From an uncultured bacterium (GTDB lineage: Bacteria; Patescibacteriota; Minisyncoccia; Phycocordibacterales; GWA1-40-21): a DNA stretch of 27,228 bases. The stretch spans positions 1-27,228 of the forward strand of contig CAIPUJ010000062.1 of NCBI GenBank assembly GCA_903868205.1, in the 5' to 3' direction. The notes below the pieces were generated by a model. It ran no database searches, was not told the DNA's origin, and saw nothing but the letters and a program-made list of their open reading frames with translations. This document shows, piece by piece, positions 7,774-15,088 of this stretch; the first letter of the stretch is position 1, and every line of letters begins with the position of its first letter. The position numbers and the translations under genes are program-made.

Positions 7774-9183
7774 ATGATTAAGAAAATTACTAAAAAGATA
7801 ATTAAAAAAACAGTATCTACAAAAGCAGAGCCTAGGGTTTCTAAGTCGGAAGCTCTTACTTATGATGTGATTGTCGTCGGAGGTGGCCCTGCTGGGCTCA
7901 TGGCTGCCGGTGTGGCCGCAAAAGACGGCGCAAAGGTGCTTGTTATAGAAAAGAATGAAGAGCTCGGCAAGAAGCTCCTTATATCAGGCGGAGGTAGATG
8001 CAATATTACAAACGCTAATCCAAATCACAGGGATTTTGTTTCCAAATATGGAAAGAAAGGGAATTTTCTTTTTACACCTTTTTCTATTTTTAGTGTAAAC
8101 GATTCAATCAAATTTTTTAATGATCTTGGACTAAAAACAAAAGTTGAGCCAGGTTTTAGAGTATTTCCAGAAAGTAATAATTCAATAGACGTATTAGAAA
8201 TTCTTGTAAGATATGCAAAAAATAATGGAGTTGAGTTTAAACTTTCTACTGAAGTGGATCATTTTGAAACGGACGGAGGCCTCATAAAGTCTGTTGTCTT
8301 AAAAAAAGGTTCACCCGAGAAAATTTTACCTGATGGAAAATCTGAGATTTTCCGTGCATTGGACAAAAAGTCCAATGCGTCAGGTAAAACTTTAACGGGC
8401 GAGGAAATAAAAGCAAAAAGTTTTGTTCTGGCTACTGGAGGCAAATCTCATCCAGAGACTGGTTCTACAGGAGATGGTTTCAAATGGCTTAAGGAAATAG
8501 GACACAAGGTAGCGGATTCTAATCCATCACTTGTACCAATAAAAATAAAAGAACTTTGGATAGGGGACTTTGCCGGGATTACATTGGAGAATGTAGGTAT
8601 TTCTGTATGGCAAGATTCAAAAAAGATTATAAATAAAAAAGGGAGAATACTTTTTACTCATGAAGGGGTTTCTGGTCCAACAATATTGAATATGAGTAAA
8701 GACATCGGAGATTTACTTCAGTATGGAGAGACAAAAATCGCAGTAGACTTTTTCCCTGGCATTGGATTAGACGAATTACATGAAAAGTTTAAAAAGCTTT
8801 TTGACTTACATAGTAATAAAAAGATAAAGAATCTCGTTGTGAATGAAGTCCCCGCAAAAATATTTTTAAAGATTTTAGGTTTACTTAAAATAGACGGAGA
8901 GATTTGGATGAATTCAATTATGAGAGAGGAGAGAGCGGCTATTATAGATAAATTAAAGAAATTTGAATTAAGGGTGAGCGGCCTTATGGGATATGACAAA
9001 GCAATCATCTCAAGTGGGGGATTAGATTTAGAAGAAGTAGATTTTAGAACAATGAAATCTAAACTTTTCGATAATCTTTTCTTTGTCGGAGATCTCTTAG
9101 ACTTTGATAGACCTTCTGGTGGCTTTAGTTTGCAATTATGTTGGACGACAGGTTACATAGCAGGGAAAAACTCAGCTAAATAA
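7774..9183 (+). CDS. HI0933/YhiN (BaiN-like) NAD(P)/FAD-dependent oxidoreductase with a ~30-aa insertion
   Basis: GGGPAG, KKLLISGGGRCNITN, LATGGKSHP..GSTGDG, LFTHEGVSGP, GGFSLQLCWTTG motifs. Confidence 0.93.
   Translation: MIKKITKKIIKKTVSTKAEPRVSKSEALTYDVIVVGGGPAGLMAAGVAAKDGAKVLVIEKNEELGKKLLISGGGRCNITNANPNHRDFVSKYGKKGNFLFTPFSIFSVNDSIKFFNDLGLKTKVEPGFRVFPESNNSIDVLEILVRYAKNNGVEFKLSTEVDHFETDGGLIKSVVLKKGSPEKILPDGKSEIFRALDKKSNASGKTLTGEEIKAKSFVLATGGKSHPETGSTGDGFKWLKEIGHKVADSNPSLVPIKIKELWIGDFAGITLENVGISVWQDSKKIINKKGRILFTHEGVSGPTILNMSKDIGDLLQYGETKIAVDFFPGIGLDELHEKFKKLFDLHSNKKIKNLVVNEVPAKIFLKILGLLKIDGEIWMNSIMREERAAIIDKLKKFELRVSGLMGYDKAIISSGGLDLEEVDFRTMKSKLFDNLFFVGDLLDFDRPSGGFSLQLCWTTGYIAGKNSAK
8311..8400. 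repeat. Palindromic element inserted in frame in the HI0933-family gene
   Basis: Three-way junction: TTTTACCTGA/TCAGGTAAAA (8324-8333/8380-8389), GGAAAATC-tga-GATTTTCC, GCATTGGAC-aaaaa-GTCCAATGC, with CCCG/CGGG termini. Encodes SPEKILPDGKSEIFRALDKKSNASGKTLTG. Confidence 0.8.
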
Positions 9184-9217
9184 AAAGATTTGGAGGCAAG
9201 GCCTCCAAATCTTTTTA
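9181..9217. terminator. Bidirectional terminator-like hairpin between convergent genes
   Basis: TAAAAAGATTTGGAGGC-aag-GCCTCCAAATCTTTTTA, 17-bp perfect stem. Confidence 0.75.
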
Positions 9218-9255
9218 AAAACACCGAAGTTCGCCATGGCGAACTTCGGTGTTTT
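9218..9255. repeat. 38-bp palindrome (REP-like), copy A
   Basis: AAAACACCGAAGTTCGCCATGGCGAACTTCGGTGTTTT is a perfect palindrome; related copy at 23171-23208. Confidence 0.85.
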
Positions 9256-9263
9256 ATTATTGT

Positions 9264-10193
9264 TTAGAATTTTGTAGGTATTCCTCTTTGTATCGGGTAT
9301 AGACTTTCATCTATTGTTCTTTGGAAACAAACTCTTCCTACACCGTGTTGCCAGTTTTCATTTTCTACACCATATTTATATGCAAAACTGTTAGTTTGTT
9401 CTGTGTTATTTTCAGATTTGAAATTAGCACAAAGCTCGAAACTATTTATCGCTAATTTTCTATACTCGTAACTTTGTTTCGTTTCCGGGTCTTTTGGGAT
9501 TGCGAAATTACTTATCGGATCTTTTAATACATCTAAAGTCGCGGGTACTTCACCTTTGTTTCGCCATTGTGTGTAGACAATTTGGCTTTGTATATTCATA
9601 AGGGCGCTTATTCTCTGCTCATCCATTCTTATAGCTCTTTGTTTAGCTGGTGAGCCAATAGTCATCATTCCGCCTATTACAGCTAAAATTACTACAGTAG
9701 ATACTGCATATGTAGATATCTTCATCTTTTTTGTAATTACTGTTGGATTTCTTTTTAAATCACTCAGACAAGATTTAAAAATTGTAATAGCTACAGTAAG
9801 TACAACTAGAACTTTTAATATAAACCTTGTTGTGAGGTCTTCTGCTCCAAGGAATCTATATACTAAAGTTACAAGGTCTACGGCAATAGCTAAACCAGAA
9901 ACGAAGAGCGTAAGAAAAATTAACCATTTTCTTACCCAGATATCTTTTTTCTCTGGAAAAGCTTTTAAATCTTTATTTACAATGAAGGTAATGTATATGA
10001 AAGCAGGGAAGAAGATTATGAGAGCAGCAAGGGAGCTTCTTATAGCACCCGCGAGTCCATACATCATATCTCCTGGTAGAGAAAAGTATTTATTTATTAT
10101 TTGGAACAGGAGAACAATGAAGCTAATAGAGCTAACATATAGTCCTATGAGGATACCTAAGTATAAGAAGAAGTCTTTTGCTGTGGTTTTCAT
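9264..10193 (-). CDS. Membrane protein, DUF5671-like N-terminal transmembrane domain plus pilin/pseudopilin-like C-terminal domain
   Basis: About five hydrophobic helices, then an amphipathic helix (QRAIRMDEQRISALMNIQSQI) and DPETKQSYEY...FELCANF. Family name recalled from similar CPR proteins, not searched. Confidence 0.65.
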   Translation of the reverse strand: MKTTAKDFFLYLGILIGLYVSSISFIVLLFQIINKYFSLPGDMMYGLAGAIRSSLAALIIFFPAFIYITFIVNKDLKAFPEKKDIWVRKWLIFLTLFVSGLAIAVDLVTLVYRFLGAEDLTTRFILKVLVVLTVAITIFKSCLSDLKRNPTVITKKMKISTYAVSTVVILAVIGGMMTIGSPAKQRAIRMDEQRISALMNIQSQIVYTQWRNKGEVPATLDVLKDPISNFAIPKDPETKQSYEYRKLAINSFELCANFKSENNTEQTNSFAYKYGVENENWQHGVGRVCFQRTIDESLYPIQRGIPTKF

Positions 10194-10257
10194 AATTTTG
10201 TTTAATTAACTATTAATATCTTAATTATACATTAAATTTTAGGTTTTAGGTGGGCTA

Positions 10258-10286
10258 TTGACAAAAAGACTCAAGGGGTGTATACT
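10258..10286 (+). promoter_or_regulatory. Near-consensus sigma70 promoter of the DGR target gene
   Basis: TTGACA (10258-10263), 17 nt, TATACT (10281-10286). Confidence 0.8.
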
Positions 10287-10318
10287 ACTAATATAGTTCT
10301 TTGATATAGATACTTTGT

Positions 10319-10370
10319 TTGGTTGTAGCCAAAAGGCCTTGTAAACATGAGGTTTTCTGGCTATGACCAA
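10319..10370 (+). promoter_or_regulatory. Long imperfect hairpin in the 5' leader of the DGR target gene
   Basis: TTGGTTGTAGCCA...AAGGCCTT-gtaaacat-GAGGTTTT...TGGCTATGACCAA, with several G.U pairs. Confidence 0.6.
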
Positions 10371-10422
10371 CACAGACGTTGATCAAGCAAATGGTAAAAA
10401 CCTAAAGAGAGGAAAAAGTACC

Positions 10423-11058
10423 ATGAGCGAACAAAAACAAGTAGGACAGTTACATGCGGTAGTTTTGCAAAATCTACCCGAAATGACAATTGAGCAGAGA
10501 CAGAAATGGATCAATGACCCGAAAGGAATGCAAGAATTTCTTTCTGGTTTGGTCGGTTCTAAATTCTCAGAGCATGATGGTGGAATTTATTTCACTGTCA
10601 CCTCAAATGGCTTCTCGGGTAAGGACTGGATTAAGCACTTCAACAAGAAGGGCGTGGAGATCGGCAATTATGCGAAACAGCTCCTTTTGTCCGAAGACTT
10701 CAAGCCAAGCAAAAAGGGCACTACTTCGCAAATCGTTGTCATCAAGGGAGAATTTTTCTCTGACAACGATCGTATCACGTCAAAGATTCGGGAGGAAGCC
10801 GATCGTCGTAATATGACCAAGCCGAATGCTGAAGTAGCGTGCCTCATTCGTGACTTGTTCACGGATGACGAGATTAAAGCGATGGGTCTTTCTTGGATTG
10901 TGACAATGCACGAACCCATCAAAGATTCTGACGGCGATCCTCACTTGCTCAGCACGAATCGGAACGGCAACAAGTCTTGGCTCAGCACGTACTACGGCCC
11001 GCCTGACCGCAGGTGGCATCGTGGGAGCGGTTTCGCCTTTGTTGCTCCGCAAGTATAA
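10423..11058 (+). CDS. DGR target (variable) protein, 211 aa; C-terminal VR, probably a C-type lectin-like fold
   Basis: C-terminal 42 codons match TR; ends W...GFAF-like. ATG 10423 has GAGAGGA 8 nt upstream and is preferred over ATG 10363, which lies inside the leader hairpin. Confidence 0.9.
   Translation: MSEQKQVGQLHAVVLQNLPEMTIEQRQKWINDPKGMQEFLSGLVGSKFSEHDGGIYFTVTSNGFSGKDWIKHFNKKGVEIGNYAKQLLLSEDFKPSKKGTTSQIVVIKGEFFSDNDRITSKIREEADRRNMTKPNAEVACLIRDLFTDDEIKAMGLSWIVTMHEPIKDSDGDPHLLSTNRNGNKSWLSTYYGPPDRRWHRGSGFAFVAPQV
10926..11050 (+). repeat. DGR variable repeat (VR)
   Basis: 125 bp, 114/125 identical to TR. Differences at 10942, 10967, 10985, 10997, 10999, 11000, 11008, 11009, 11017, 11024, 11027, each opposite a TR adenine. 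Confidence 0.98.
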
Positions 11059-11120
11059 GTACTCGGAACTTTGCCCCTCGGACCTCTTGGATCCTTTGGA
11101 CTTTGTCCTTCCGAAATACC

Positions 11121-11169
11121 CAGTCCACTTACTCAAACCATTTGGTGAGAGTGAGTGGGCTGTTTTTTT
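11121..11169 (+). terminator. Terminator-like hairpin downstream of the target gene
   Basis: CAGTCCACTTACTC (11121-11134) pairs with GAGTGAGTGGGCTG (11149-11162) using two G.U pairs; T7 tract follows. Confidence 0.75.
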
Positions 11170-11407
11170 GTGTTAAAATAAAGTTGGTAGTAGGTAAATA
11201 TGTGAGCGATCAAGATTTCTCACTACCGAATCCAGTATCCATACATCGGGATTATTTAAGATTAAGATTTTAGATAGAGTGGTGTGTGAAGACAATTCAA
11301 CAAAAATGAAGATACTTGGTACAGAATATTATAGTATTTCAAATACTGCATCAGATACAACCCTGAGAGTGCTCAAGGGGTGGTGGTAAAGAAAGTATTT
11401 TGTACAT

Positions 11408-11532
11408 TTCTGACGGCGATCCTAACTTGCTCAGCACGAATCGGAACGACAACAAGTCTTGGCTCAACACGTACTACGACAAGCCTGACAACAGGTGGAA
11501 TCGTGAGAACGGTTTCGCCTTTGTTGCTCCGC
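11408..11532 (+). ncRNA. DGR template repeat (TR)
   Basis: Non-coding copy of VR with 32 adenines, rich in AAC/AAT codons in the VR frame; the last 23 nt are adenine-free and identical to VR. Confidence 0.97.
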
Positions 11533-11546
11533 TAATTTTTTCATTT

Positions 11547-11568
11547 CTCTCCTACTTTGGTAGGAGAG
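11547..11568. other. Perfect hairpin 14 nt downstream of TR (spacer-region hairpin candidate)
   Basis: CTCTCCTAC-tttg-GTAGGAGAG, 9-bp stem; overlaps the avd stop codon on the minus strand. Confidence 0.7.
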
Positions 11569-11958
11569 TTTTGTTTTTAATTTGGTTATGCCAGCCTCCT
11601 AGCATTTTACCTATTTCATATAGCTTTTCTGAGATTTCGGCATATTTTTTATTATCTATCGATTTTATTTCCCATGCTATTTGCATAAGAATTTTTGCTG
11701 TATCTAGTTTCATTATTGCTCTTTTTATAAAAGGTAGTTTTTCTTCTGGTTTTAAAAAGCTAGCTATACTTATGTTTTCTATGACTTCAATAAATAGTGT
11801 ATCTATTTTTCCACCAAGGGAATATTTTGTCGTCTTTGGGAAGAGCGTTAAATATTGTTGCCAGACTTTATATAGGGAAATAAACTTTGATAAAATTGGT
11901 AAAACTGTCGGGGGGGGGGGGTATTATTAGTTTTGTGACTAGAAAAATTTGTGTTCAT
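11552..11958 (-). CDS. avd: Avd-like accessory protein (four-helix bundle), frameshifted at the G12 tract; not in the ORF track
   Basis: Minus-strand frame 11911->11552 translates PTVLPILSKFISLYKVWQQYLTLFPKTTKYSLGGKID...KLDTAKILMQIAWE...EIGKMLGGWHNQIKNKTLLPK*, with the Avd-like FPK..KYSLG and EIGKMLGGW motifs. The nearest ATG (11958) is in frame only with 10 or 13 G. Confidence 0.85.
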
Positions 11959-12933
11959 AAATACGATGATATCATTTCTGTCGAAAATTTACTCCTTGCG
12001 TGGAAAGAATTTTTAGTGGGTAAAACTAAAAAGACAGATGTACAAGAGTTTCAACTGAGACTTTCAGATAATATTTTTGATTTACAATATGATTTGAAAA
12101 ACAAGGTGTATTCACATAGCAAGTATTTTGCTTTTAAGGTGAATGACCCAAAACCGAGGGATATACATAAAGCCAGTGTGAGAGATAGATTACTTCACCA
12201 TGCTATTTATAGGATTTTATATCCTTTTTTCAATAATACTTTTATCGCCGATTCTTTTTCTTGCAGATTAGGGAAAGGGACTCACAGAGCAGTAAAAAGA
12301 TTGAATTATTTTTACGGAAAAGTCTCTAAGAATAATACGAAACAGGTTTGGGCTTTGAAATGTGATATAAGAAAGTTTTTTGACTCTATCAATCACGAAA
12401 TACTTTTGAGTATTTTAGACTCGTATATTGAGGATAAAGAAATTATGGAACTTTTAAGGAAAATAATATCTAGTTTTTATAAAAAAGAAGTTGGATGTGG
12501 TTTACCACTGGGGAATCTCACTTCACAACTTTTCGTAAATATTTATATGAATGTTTTTGATCAGTTTGTTAAGCATAAAATAAGGGCGAAGTACTATATA
12601 AGATATTCAGATGATTTTATTATTTTGTCAGATAACAAGAAGTGGCTTGAGGGTATTTTAATAGAGATAAATAGATTTCTCTCGGATAGATTAAAGTTAT
12701 CTTTACATCCAAATAAGGTTTATATCAAGACATTTTCTTCTGGTGTAGATTTTTTGGGCTGGATTAACTTTGCAGATTTTAAAATATTGAGAAAGAGTAC
12801 AAAAAAGAGAATGTTTAGGGGCCTTTTAGAAAAAGGATTTAAAAAAGAATCTGTACAATCTTATCTTGGGCTTTTGAGCCACGGGAATGAATATAAGACA
12901 AGAAGTAAAATCACGTCTTCTCTCATAGAATAA
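11887..12933 (+). CDS. DGR-class reverse transcriptase
   Basis: KPRDI...RDRLLHHA, SCRLGKGTH, LKCDIRKFFDSI, GLPLGNLTSQLF (DGR-type LGxxxSQ), RYSDD catalytic motif, GVDFLG. Start is either TTG 11887 or GTG 11935. Confidence 0.95.
   Translation: MIKLVKLSGGGGIISFVTRKICVHKYDDIISVENLLLAWKEFLVGKTKKTDVQEFQLRLSDNIFDLQYDLKNKVYSHSKYFAFKVNDPKPRDIHKASVRDRLLHHAIYRILYPFFNNTFIADSFSCRLGKGTHRAVKRLNYFYGKVSKNNTKQVWALKCDIRKFFDSINHEILLSILDSYIEDKEIMELLRKIISSFYKKEVGCGLPLGNLTSQLFVNIYMNVFDQFVKHKIRAKYYIRYSDDFIILSDNKKWLEGILIEINRFLSDRLKLSLHPNKVYIKTFSSGVDFLGWINFADFKILRKSTKKRMFRGLLEKGFKKESVQSYLGLLSHGNEYKTRSKITSSLIE
11910..11921. repeat. G12 homopolymer inside the avd/RT head-to-head overlap
   Basis: 12 consecutive G in an otherwise AT-rich sequence. 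Confidence 0.9.
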
Positions 12934-12955
12934 TTATGCTATTATTAATCCAAAT

Positions 12956-14686
12956 ATGATCAAAGAAATTTTAGAAAATTCAATAAAAATAGCCCTTTGG
13001 GAGCTTAAGATAGAAGAGGCCAAAATCCCTAAGATAAATCTAGAACACCCAGAAGATTCTTCTCGTGGTGATTATTCTACAAATATCGCCATGGTGCTTG
13101 CTAAGGCTGTAGCTCAAAATCCTAGAGAGTTGGCAGAAAAAATAGTTGCTGAAATAAATGATAATAAACCGAAGGAAATAAAAAATGTCGAAATGGCTGG
13201 CCCTGGCTTTATAAATTTCTTTTTGTCTGACTCCTTTTTTGCTGAACAAATAAAAAACATTTTAAAATCCGAAAAAACTTTTGGGAATAATAAAAAACTA
13301 AAAGGTCAGAAGACTGTTATCGAATATACTGATCCAAATCCTTTTAAAGAATTTCATATTGGGCACTTAATGAGTAATACAATAGGGGAAAGTGTCTCTA
13401 GAATTATTGAGGCGAACGGATCAAAGATCATTCGTGCTTGTTATCAAGGTGACGTCGGCCTTCATGTAGCGAAAACAATTTGGGGTGTACAGAAAATGAT
13501 TTCAGAAGACTCTAAAAACAAAAAAAAGTTTTTTGATATAAAACAGGGTTCTGCTTTGTGGGGTAAGACATATGCGGTAGGAGCGAAAGCGTATGAAGCG
13601 GATGAACAAGCTAAAAAAGAAGTTACGGAGATAAATAAAAAAGTTTATACGAAGTCTGATAAAGAAGTAAATAAGATCTATACAGCAGGTAGGAAAGCAT
13701 CTCTTAATGCTTTTGATAAGATGTATAAAATATTAGATACTAAATTTAATAATTTCTTTTTTGAAAGTCAGTCTACAAAATTTGGTACTGATATCGTATC
13801 AAACAATATTGATAATGGAATTTTTGAAAAGAGTAATGGTGCGGTGATTTTTAAAGGGGAGAATTATGGCCTACACACTAGAGTTTTTATAAACAGCGAA
13901 GGGCTTCCTACATATGAAGCAAAAGATCTTGGACTAGCAAAACTCAAAGACAATACTTTACATTATGATAAATCTATTATTGTCACGGCCAATGAACAGA
14001 GTGCATATTTTACGGTACTTTTGAAAGCTATGAGTTTAATCTTTCCAGATTTAGCAGAAAAAACAGAACACGTATCTCATGGTATGCTTCGTCTGCCTTC
14101 AGGGAAAATGTCTTCAAGAACAGGAGATGTAGTTTCTGCTACTTCTCTGCTTAAAGATATTGAAGATAAAGTAATAGAGAAAATGGTTGAGAGAGATATG
14201 ACCAAAAAAGAAAAAACAAAAGTTGCGGAGTGGATTTCTGTTGCATCTCTCAGATATTCAATACTCAAACAAATGACCGGTAAAGATATTGTTTTTGATT
14301 TTGATAAGTCGCTTTCTTTTGAAGGGGATTCTGGTCCTTACTTACAATATTCATATGCTAGAGCAAAATCTGTTTTGAGAAAAGCGGTGAAAGAAAGAAT
14401 AAAAATAAATTCTAAAAAAGTAGATGGTGAAGTTTCGGAAATAGAAAAAATACTGTATAGATTCCCAGAAATAGTAGAAAGAGCAGGTGAGGAATATGCA
14501 CCAAACTATATTGCTACATATTTAATACAGCTCTCATCTGCCTTTAATGGATATTATGCGAATAATAAAATTGTAGATAAAGAAGACAAAAATTCTGCAT
14601 ATAGACTCGCCATTACAAAAGTATTCACTATTGTTTTGAAGAATGGTTTGAAACTTTTGGGTATCTCTGCTCCAGAAAAGATGTAA
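12956..14686 (+). CDS. argS: Arginine--tRNA ligase
   Basis: GDYSTN, GPGFINF, EYTDPNPFKEFHIGH, KMSSRTG, GDSGPYLQYSYAR, APEKM C-terminus. Confidence 0.98.
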   Translation: MIKEILENSIKIALWELKIEEAKIPKINLEHPEDSSRGDYSTNIAMVLAKAVAQNPRELAEKIVAEINDNKPKEIKNVEMAGPGFINFFLSDSFFAEQIKNILKSEKTFGNNKKLKGQKTVIEYTDPNPFKEFHIGHLMSNTIGESVSRIIEANGSKIIRACYQGDVGLHVAKTIWGVQKMISEDSKNKKKFFDIKQGSALWGKTYAVGAKAYEADEQAKKEVTEINKKVYTKSDKEVNKIYTAGRKASLNAFDKMYKILDTKFNNFFFESQSTKFGTDIVSNNIDNGIFEKSNGAVIFKGENYGLHTRVFINSEGLPTYEAKDLGLAKLKDNTLHYDKSIIVTANEQSAYFTVLLKAMSLIFPDLAEKTEHVSHGMLRLPSGKMSSRTGDVVSATSLLKDIEDKVIEKMVERDMTKKEKTKVAEWISVASLRYSILKQMTGKDIVFDFDKSLSFEGDSGPYLQYSYARAKSVLRKAVKERIKINSKKVDGEVSEIEKILYRFPEIVERAGEEYAPNYIATYLIQLSSAFNGYYANNKIVDKEDKNSAYRLAITKVFTIVLKNGLKLLGISAPEKM

Positions 14687-14792
14687 ACTTTTTTGTTTTG
14701 ACAAAATAAATAAAAGGAGTTTAATACAATACAGATTCAGTTGTACGGGTTAAGGTGATCCGTGCATTTAAAATGGAAAGGTAGGTTAGGAA

Positions 14793-15077
14793 ATGTGTAG
14801 GACTCATAAAATGAGAAAACGTTGCCGTCTGACTAGTCATCGCCATGCGGCCCATCATGTTGATTTAAAACCTCAATCTGCAAGCAAAAAGGCTTTTAAG
14901 GAGGTTAAGCGTCGTATCATAAGGAGTTGTCATAAAGTTGAAGCTCGCATAAGGGGTTTCGAAATAAGAAAACATTCGCCGAATTATGGGGCTCTGGATA
15001 AGCTCTTTAAAAAAGCGGTATCTGTGAGTGTCGACGAAGGTGGGGAACTTTTGATAATAAATATCCCTCAATACTGA
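14793..15077 (+). CDS. Small basic hypothetical protein (94 aa)
   Basis: Open frame between a TTGACA (14698-14703) and a strong terminator; no recognised motif. Confidence 0.45.
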   Translation: MCRTHKMRKRCRLTSHRHAAHHVDLKPQSASKKAFKEVKRRIIRSCHKVEARIRGFEIRKHSPNYGALDKLFKKAVSVSVDEGGELLIINIPQY

Positions 15078-15088
15078 TTGAGTGTACG

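Larger units (their letters stand above)
10423..12933 (+). mobile_element. Diversity-generating retroelement (target/VR, TR, avd, RT)
   Basis: VR/TR pair with adenine-specific mismatches, DGR-type RT motifs, and an Avd-like four-helix-bundle gene. Confidence 0.97.

Noticed and set aside
7774-7860. Lys-rich N-terminal extension of the HI0933-family protein as another inserted element
   Set aside because: Only a 5-bp stem is visible (AGAGC/GCTCT) and there are no family-type termini.
10363-10422. 20-codon N-terminal extension of the DGR target in the ORF track
   Set aside because: ATG 10363 is buried in the leader hairpin, while ATG 10423 has an SD-like GAGAGGA at normal spacing.
10926-11050. 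Absence of A-to-T changes among VR substitutions as a special RT bias
   Set aside because: With only 11 events, filtered by protein-level selection, the sample is too small to support the claim.
11400-11930. 176-aa plus-strand ORF starting at TR
   Set aside because: It is the TR read in the VR frame followed by the antisense of avd. It has a TTG start and no family-like features, and the minus strand explains the region better.
11887-12933. Group II intron, retron or CRISPR-associated RT
   Set aside because: The protein is short with no maturase or endonuclease domain, carries the DGR-type LGxxxSQ motif, and is next to a VR/TR pair and avd.
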